DNA from: a virus
DNA length: 64,000 nt
Direction: 5' to 3' (one strand)
Virus record (IMG/VR): IMGVR_UViG_3300045988_161046
Location: 37,807 to 101,806 of that record
The notes under the pieces: generated by a model
What the model saw: only the letters and a program-made list of their open reading frames with translations
What the model was told of the DNA's origin: nothing
The model's database searches: none
Shown: positions 61,742-64,000 of the stretch, piece after piece
How the letters are laid out: each line of letters begins with the position of its first letter
How positions within the stretch are numbered: position 1 is the stretch's first letter
Translations under genes and position numbers: made by a program

Positions 61742-62291
61742 GGACCATTCTTCCCAAAAAGTCCAAAAACGGTTCAAAAAGTCCAAAAATTAAAGGGAAA
61801 ACAGGAAAATGGCTTGGACCATGTTTTGTTAACAAATGTAAATTGACCATACGCAGACCTGTTATAGTCCGTTAAAAGGTGAATTTCTATTTTTGCCTAA
61901 CTTCTGCTGAATCAGCAGATTTACTTTATTTAGACCAAAAATTTATTGATTTTCTTCTACTTTATATATAAGAAATGGTGAAAAAAAAATATTTAAAAAG
62001 AGTATTGTACACATTTTTCTTGTACAATATAGGGATTTTGCGGCTCAGTTGCCTCTCATTTCCATTACCTAAGTACCTATTAGTCTAGAGTTTACGGCGA
62101 AGCCGTTGATGCTACCAACTTCTTTTTAGAGTTAAAGGGTTTTTACTTTTTAGGAGAAATAAAAAAACAAGAAAAATCTGTAGGGTAGTAGTGAAAACGA
62201 AGATATTTTTGGACTTTTTGCCCTAATTTACCACTAAAAGTCAAAAAATCAATGAATTATAGAGAAAAACACTTCAGACAGGAAAATACCT

Positions 62292-62326
62292 AAAAAAGGC
62301 TGCCTCGCTTCACAGCGAAACAGCCT
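62292..62326 (-). terminator. intrinsic terminator after the tape-measure-like gene
   Basis: Minus sense aggctg-N18-cagcct followed by tttttt. Confidence 0.6.
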
Positions 62327-62391
62327 CGAATGAAAATAATAATAAACTTAAAAACTAACAACTATATAAATAATCAACAAAAAAACTTCAT

Positions 62392-63999
62392 CTATTTATT
62401 CTTCATGAATTGGTTAGCCTTATTCAGACTGTCATGCAGTCCATCACGACCGTACATGTTAATCTTAGCGTTGATAGGCTGGTTCAAACGCTGAATGAGC
62501 GCATTCACGGCTTGCAGGAACGCCGCATTGCTTGCTGCGCTGGCTGCTATCAGTCCGTCTGCCGCTGACGCGCCAGACGAAAGATTACCATTGTTCCCTT
62601 GCGTGCCCGCTGCAAGAATATCACCCACATTTCCATTGTCAAATGCCCTTCTTGCTGAGTTTCTTCCCGAATAGTTGCTGTCGTAATTGACAAGTGCCTT
62701 TAGTAATCCAGGATTGTTCATCATCATCGCATGAGTAGTTTCACGGCCAATCACGATTTCCGGTCCTTTCTCGGCTACGAGAGATGGCTGCCCGTTCACA
62801 GAGGTGGCGGTAGGTGTCGTGAGCATCTTTACGCCCTGCATCTGTTTGCCATCATCCTCCTTCGCCCAATACACTTCGTCGTTATCAGCCACGAATGGCT
62901 TCAAATCCTGCACGTTACCGCTATCGTAGGTAAGCATACCGGTTACGAGCTTGGTGTTGGTGGAAGATGTGTTACTCTTCTTCTTGCCACTGCTGAAGGC
63001 AGAGTTGAGTGCCCACTGGAGCAAGCCCATGAGGGTAGCCTTCACACCCGCGGCTGCAATAGGACCCGCGATAGGACCCAGGAAATCGAAACACTTAGCC
63101 ATCGCACCCGCGATAGAGAGGGTCATTCCTGCTTGCGTGCGGGCAGCATCCGATGCGGTAATGGCTTCGTTATTGGCTTGCGTTTCGGCAAGGGTGGTAG
63201 TGAGCGCCGTTTCCGTCATAGCCATACCCGCGTTCAAAGCCACCTTAGTGCCCTCACTCTGCTCCTTGTTTCCGGCAGCAGTTACATCCGTGATGTTCTG
63301 AACACCCTGGGTAGTTACCTTCTCACGATCCTCATTGCCCTTCTTTACCTCTTTGCTCAGTTCCTTCTGGTGCTTCTTCTCCTTCTTTAACTGGTTGGCT
63401 TTCTCCTCGTCTTCCTTGGATTTGCCGCCAGTCTTGAACTCGGTATTCATCACACCACCGATGAAGGAGCCAGTGATGCCGGCTGCGGCATCAGCGAAGG
63501 AACCGCCACCAGCGATAGCATCGGCTGCTGCTGTACCCGTCTGCGTGGCTGCATCATTATAGAACGCATCAGCATTGTCCCTGTTGCGATGTGCCCACGC
63601 ATGAGGAGCACCATTACCCTGCTCTTTTTTATTCGCCTGCTCGGGGGTTGCAGGGGGCGCGTATGGAGGCACAATAGCCGGACTGTCAGGATTGATAGGT
63701 GTACCATCAGGATTCCAGCCGAGAGCCGGCTGTTGAGGAGGCAGATTCTCGAAGTTAGACGGCGGTTGCTGAGTGAGATAAGATGCGCCCTCATCTACCA
63801 GTCGCACATACATCGGGTTGGTCTTTGTACCGAGCTTTGAGAAATCCTCCTTCACGGCATTGGCATTAGCGTTGGCTCTCGCTTTATCAATATCAGGCTG
63901 GGCTTTTTTCTTGGCTCGCTTGGCACCAGCATCATTGATAGCCTTCCACATCTGCGTATTCACGTCGTTGAGTGCCATATTACCCCATGATTCGAGCAT
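62392..63999 (-). CDS. tape-measure-like / internal virion protein, possibly N-terminally truncated by window edge
   Basis: Gly/Ala-rich segments with hydrophobic stretch ...GMTLSIAGAMAKCFDFLGPIAGPIAAAGVKATLMGLL...; the first ATG sits at the last bases of the window. Confidence 0.4.
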   Translation of the reverse strand: MLESWGNMALNDVNTQMWKAINDAGAKRAKKKAQPDIDKARANANANAVKEDFSKLGTKTNPMYVRLVDEGASYLTQQPPSNFENLPPQQPALGWNPDGTPINPDSPAIVPPYAPPATPEQANKKEQGNGAPHAWAHRNRDNADAFYNDAATQTGTAAADAIAGGGSFADAAAGITGSFIGGVMNTEFKTGGKSKEDEEKANQLKKEKKHQKELSKEVKKGNEDREKVTTQGVQNITDVTAAGNKEQSEGTKVALNAGMAMTETALTTTLAETQANNEAITASDAARTQAGMTLSIAGAMAKCFDFLGPIAGPIAAAGVKATLMGLLQWALNSAFSSGKKKSNTSSTNTKLVTGMLTYDSGNVQDLKPFVADNDEVYWAKEDDGKQMQGVKMLTTPTATSVNGQPSLVAEKGPEIVIGRETTHAMMMNNPGLLKALVNYDSNYSGRNSARRAFDNGNVGDILAAGTQGNNGNLSSGASAADGLIAASAASNAAFLQAVNALIQRLNQPINAKINMYGRDGLHDSLNKANQFMKNK

Positions 64000-64000
64000 A

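Noticed and set aside
1-64000. Stop-codon reassignment (TAG or TGA recoding), as reported for some gut phages
   Set aside because: Large genes of up to 934 codons are uninterrupted under the standard code. The only in-frame stops I noted are the single TAA at 47685 and the TAG in the degenerate cassette at 45529.
1-64000. Integrase, transposase or large terminase subunit
   Set aside because: No ORF shows tyrosine- or serine-recombinase, DDE or terminase Walker/nuclease motifs that I can recognise. They may lie outside this window.

Overview
This 64-kb window is dominated by minus-strand genes. It looks like part of a tailed phage of a Bacteroidota host. The host call rests on TTTG/TAnnTTTG promoters, lipoprotein signal peptides and the absence of Shine-Dalgarno sites. 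A Prevotella/Segatella host is my guess, not something I verified. The element also carries a plasmid-type maintenance module, so it is a candidate phage-plasmid, and I saw no integrase. That module has a Rep_3-like initiator, six 22-bp iterons, ParA and a ribbon-helix-helix (RHH) adaptor.

Layout:
- 0-2.8 kb: small genes.
- 2.9-6.5 kb: replicon and partition.
- 6.5-19.2 kb: lipoprotein cargo and a long array of small early/accessory genes, each with its own conserved leader motif.
- 19.2-20.2 kb: non-coding AT-rich stretch plus a C-skewed GC island.
- 20.2-23.2 kb: divergent switch with an XRE regulator.
- 23.3-45.3 kb: tail/baseplate genes and the portal.
- 45.5-48.0 kb: cytosine-5 methyltransferase (C5-MTase) locus.
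- 48.1-55.1 kb: GH108 endolysin, major capsid candidate, S49 protease-scaffold.
- 55.4-61.5 kb: nucleotide-metabolism trio and a primase-like gene.
- 62.4-64.0 kb: tape-measure-like gene cut by the window edge.

Best leads:
1. A circularly permuted C5-MTase is flanked by detached target-recognition-domain (TRD) mini-ORFs. The locus also has a single in-frame TAA, an ATGA overlap and a cluster of G7-G8 tracts.
2. An apparently intact FabF/FabB-type ketosynthase (KAS) plus acyl carrier protein (ACP) pair sits inside the tail/baseplate module.
3. A complete diversity-generating retroelement (DGR) has 16 adenine-specific differences between template repeat (TR) and variable repeat (VR), but no Avd-type accessory ORF.
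4. Several nested repeat families are present. One is an 11-copy, single-orientation hairpin element that also lies in-frame inside two CDSs.

All calls come from reading the sequence and ORF track by eye. No database search was run.
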